Shown here: positions 63,601 through 64,000 of the stretch, in pieces
Layout of the letters: each line of letters begins with the position of its first letter
Position numbering within the stretch: the first letter of the stretch is position 1
From: Tubulanus polymorphus
Taxonomy: Eukaryota > Animalia > Nemertea
Reading direction: 5' to 3'
Assembly (NCBI RefSeq): GCF_964204645.1
Contig: NC_134035.1
Span: forward strand, 3,038,001-3,102,000
DNA length: 64,000 bases
Position numbers and translations under genes: made by a program
The notes under the pieces: model-generated
Seen by the model: only the letters and a program-made list of their open reading frames with translations
Database searches by the model: none
Told to the model about the DNA's origin: nothing

Positions 63601-63870
63601 ACTTACCGATAGAACAGACGCGTGAAATCGACTTCCATCGAAGCCCGTCCGCATACCCGACAGTACCCTGCGCATCAGATGACTAAATTGTAACAGGTAC
63701 ATATCGACTTCAGTGTCGGCCGTTACTCTGCCCGGCCTTGACGAGCCGGGATCATCCTTCGTTTTGTTCGTGTTCTTCTTGAACGATGAAGGTACGTCGA
63801 TGTACAGATCGTTGAGTTTCAACAGTGTTTGGCTGGGCGGAAACGCGACCGTTCCTTCGTCGCTAGGGCC
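54676..63870 (-). CDS. Divergent ionotropic glutamate receptor / IR-family subunit; 5' end beyond the right edge
   Basis: Phase-matched exons: 63607-63870, 62913-63053 (LTFDSRGIR), 62287-62391 (FKIVPLI), 59484-59729 (EAPY..GNDRFDGLLIDLL..WTGAIGRLV, S1), 58720-58919 (LTKTLDRMQVVQFT..FLKPFDYGAW, M1), 55676-56160 (WYSFGTTFQSG M2; CYTGNMARFLT M3; YGVVAGSSVESFF S2), 55170-55326 (IGIAYGK..SGEM) and 54676-54907 (W..DPC, M4, stop). The three 5'-most exons are less certain. Confidence 0.85.
56430..58531 (+). mobile_element. 5'-truncated non-LTR retrotransposon (LINE, CR1/L2/Crack-Daphne group) inserted antisense in an iGluR intron
   Basis: Open RT frame followed by a 3' UTR with a stem-loop (58389-58437), AATAAA and an (AATTC)n tail at ~58511-58530. 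No endonuclease domain; the 5' boundary is approximate and no TSD was identified. Confidence 0.9.
56482..58278 (+). CDS. LINE ORF2 reverse transcriptase domain (endonuclease missing), 598-aa open frame
   Basis: YRPISVLP, QFGFR, FVDLSKAFDT, GVPQGSILGPLLF, FADD, KFLGV and RLQKKAIRII motifs. Confidence 0.9.
   Translation: MYYKNVFASCKSDPKETWKQVNNLLNKQKRDKPHSQFVYKDKVISTDYDIASGFNDYFVNIAGSLESKIPPSDKHFKDFLEERNHINFFLSPTTPNEIELIVHGFKNKLSSGCDQISTKLLKSIIQVISQPLCHIFNNSFLTGIVPSIFKIAHVTPIFKSGDKSQFNNYRPISVLPAISKIIEKLVYNRLQAFLENFNILSDRQFGFRKNRSTASALAFITDKITDYLENGKVTIGVFVDLSKAFDTINHNILISKLENYGIRGPPLQWFRNYLEDRKQCVKYNNSLSPTRNITFGVPQGSILGPLLFLVYINDCPSSCKLLESIFFADDSNFFISDKDPKKLEQVLNSQLEKLLQWFRANRLSVNAIKTHFIVFGYKCLGQINLFFDGQRVSRVDTTKFLGVIFDQRLTWRDHIQYISRKVSRGIGIINRLKHVLPFGVLKNLYYCFVNPHLAYATLIWGNSCNIYLEPLFRLQKKAIRIITHSFWLAHTSPIFKKLEILKLHDIYQFQLCNFVFSQINQNLPSIFNEFYCFLKSMTGRPSRSPLNLKVEYAKSNFRMKSLKIQGARSWNSLPRKLKSSKSRPFFKKCLTNYLVAKY
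60215..61162 (+). CDS. Class A peptide-type GPCR, ~315 aa, intronless, nested antisense in an iGluR intron
   Basis: First ATG at 60215 (the ORF track starts at an upstream TTG). N-glycosylation sequons, TM1 GN, TM2 LAVCD, TM3 Cys and SPWTLVLIATERM, TM7 NYSFNLYLY, helix 8 GKEIRTEL. Confidence 0.88.
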   Translation: MVAISIQQNSTNLSNTYRSIVLAATTINGTYLWFYLVFASLCFILGFIGNLLIVMVMLQRKLGRRSYSRMFVQLAVCDTLVLVTCLMKYINVVSYTFYGRILLIKPSTRIQCICFEYLLSSSVTISPWTLVLIATERMCVVCFPFRGPRFWSPNTASKLCFSVVCSVVLIYSYLFVTIDVSNDGCIVKNMPQIVKPLLKSVLISMGPFVLIAITSAITSIALFRRNGKSVTTRASKYSNQVTVLVLLLCIFFMATTFPATLFSPFVRTNPEFENIFAALVDIIMINYSFNLYLYLMTGKEIRTELRNLIFKKRTL

Positions 63871-64000
63871 CTGTAAAATGCGATGAATCATTTCTATTCT
63901 ATTAAGCTTTCATGCGAATTATATGATCTGGTAAAAACAGAAACAACATTATCAACTAAGGCTTATAAAATCGCACATTTATTATCTGTCACTTGGGTCG

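Overview
AT-rich, intron-rich invertebrate animal genomic DNA; it looks lophotrochozoan (e.g. nemertean or annelid), but the taxon cannot be fixed from sequence alone. Gene models were built by hand from GT-AG boundaries and phase-matched translation. Left to right: (1) the 5' part of an EPS8 gene (minus strand, 11 coding exons, runs off the left edge); (2) a single-coding-exon class A peptide-type GPCR (+); (3) a complete 11-exon Amt ammonium transporter (-, 499 aa); (4) a tandem cluster of three complete secreted sphingomyelinase D / phospholipase D (Sicariid-toxin-like) genes plus a 3' remnant, each with one or two C-terminal 10-cysteine repeats; (5) a divergent ionotropic glutamate receptor/IR gene (-, runs off the right edge) whose introns host a 5'-truncated LINE with an open RT frame and a second, antisense nested GPCR. 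Introns and spacers are dense with MITE-like elements, minisatellites and Penelope-type hammerhead relics. The SMase D cluster is the best candidate for an undescribed system: its catalytic residues are intact, its Cys-repeat number varies, its duplication breakpoint shows microhomology, and the copies show signs of gene conversion.
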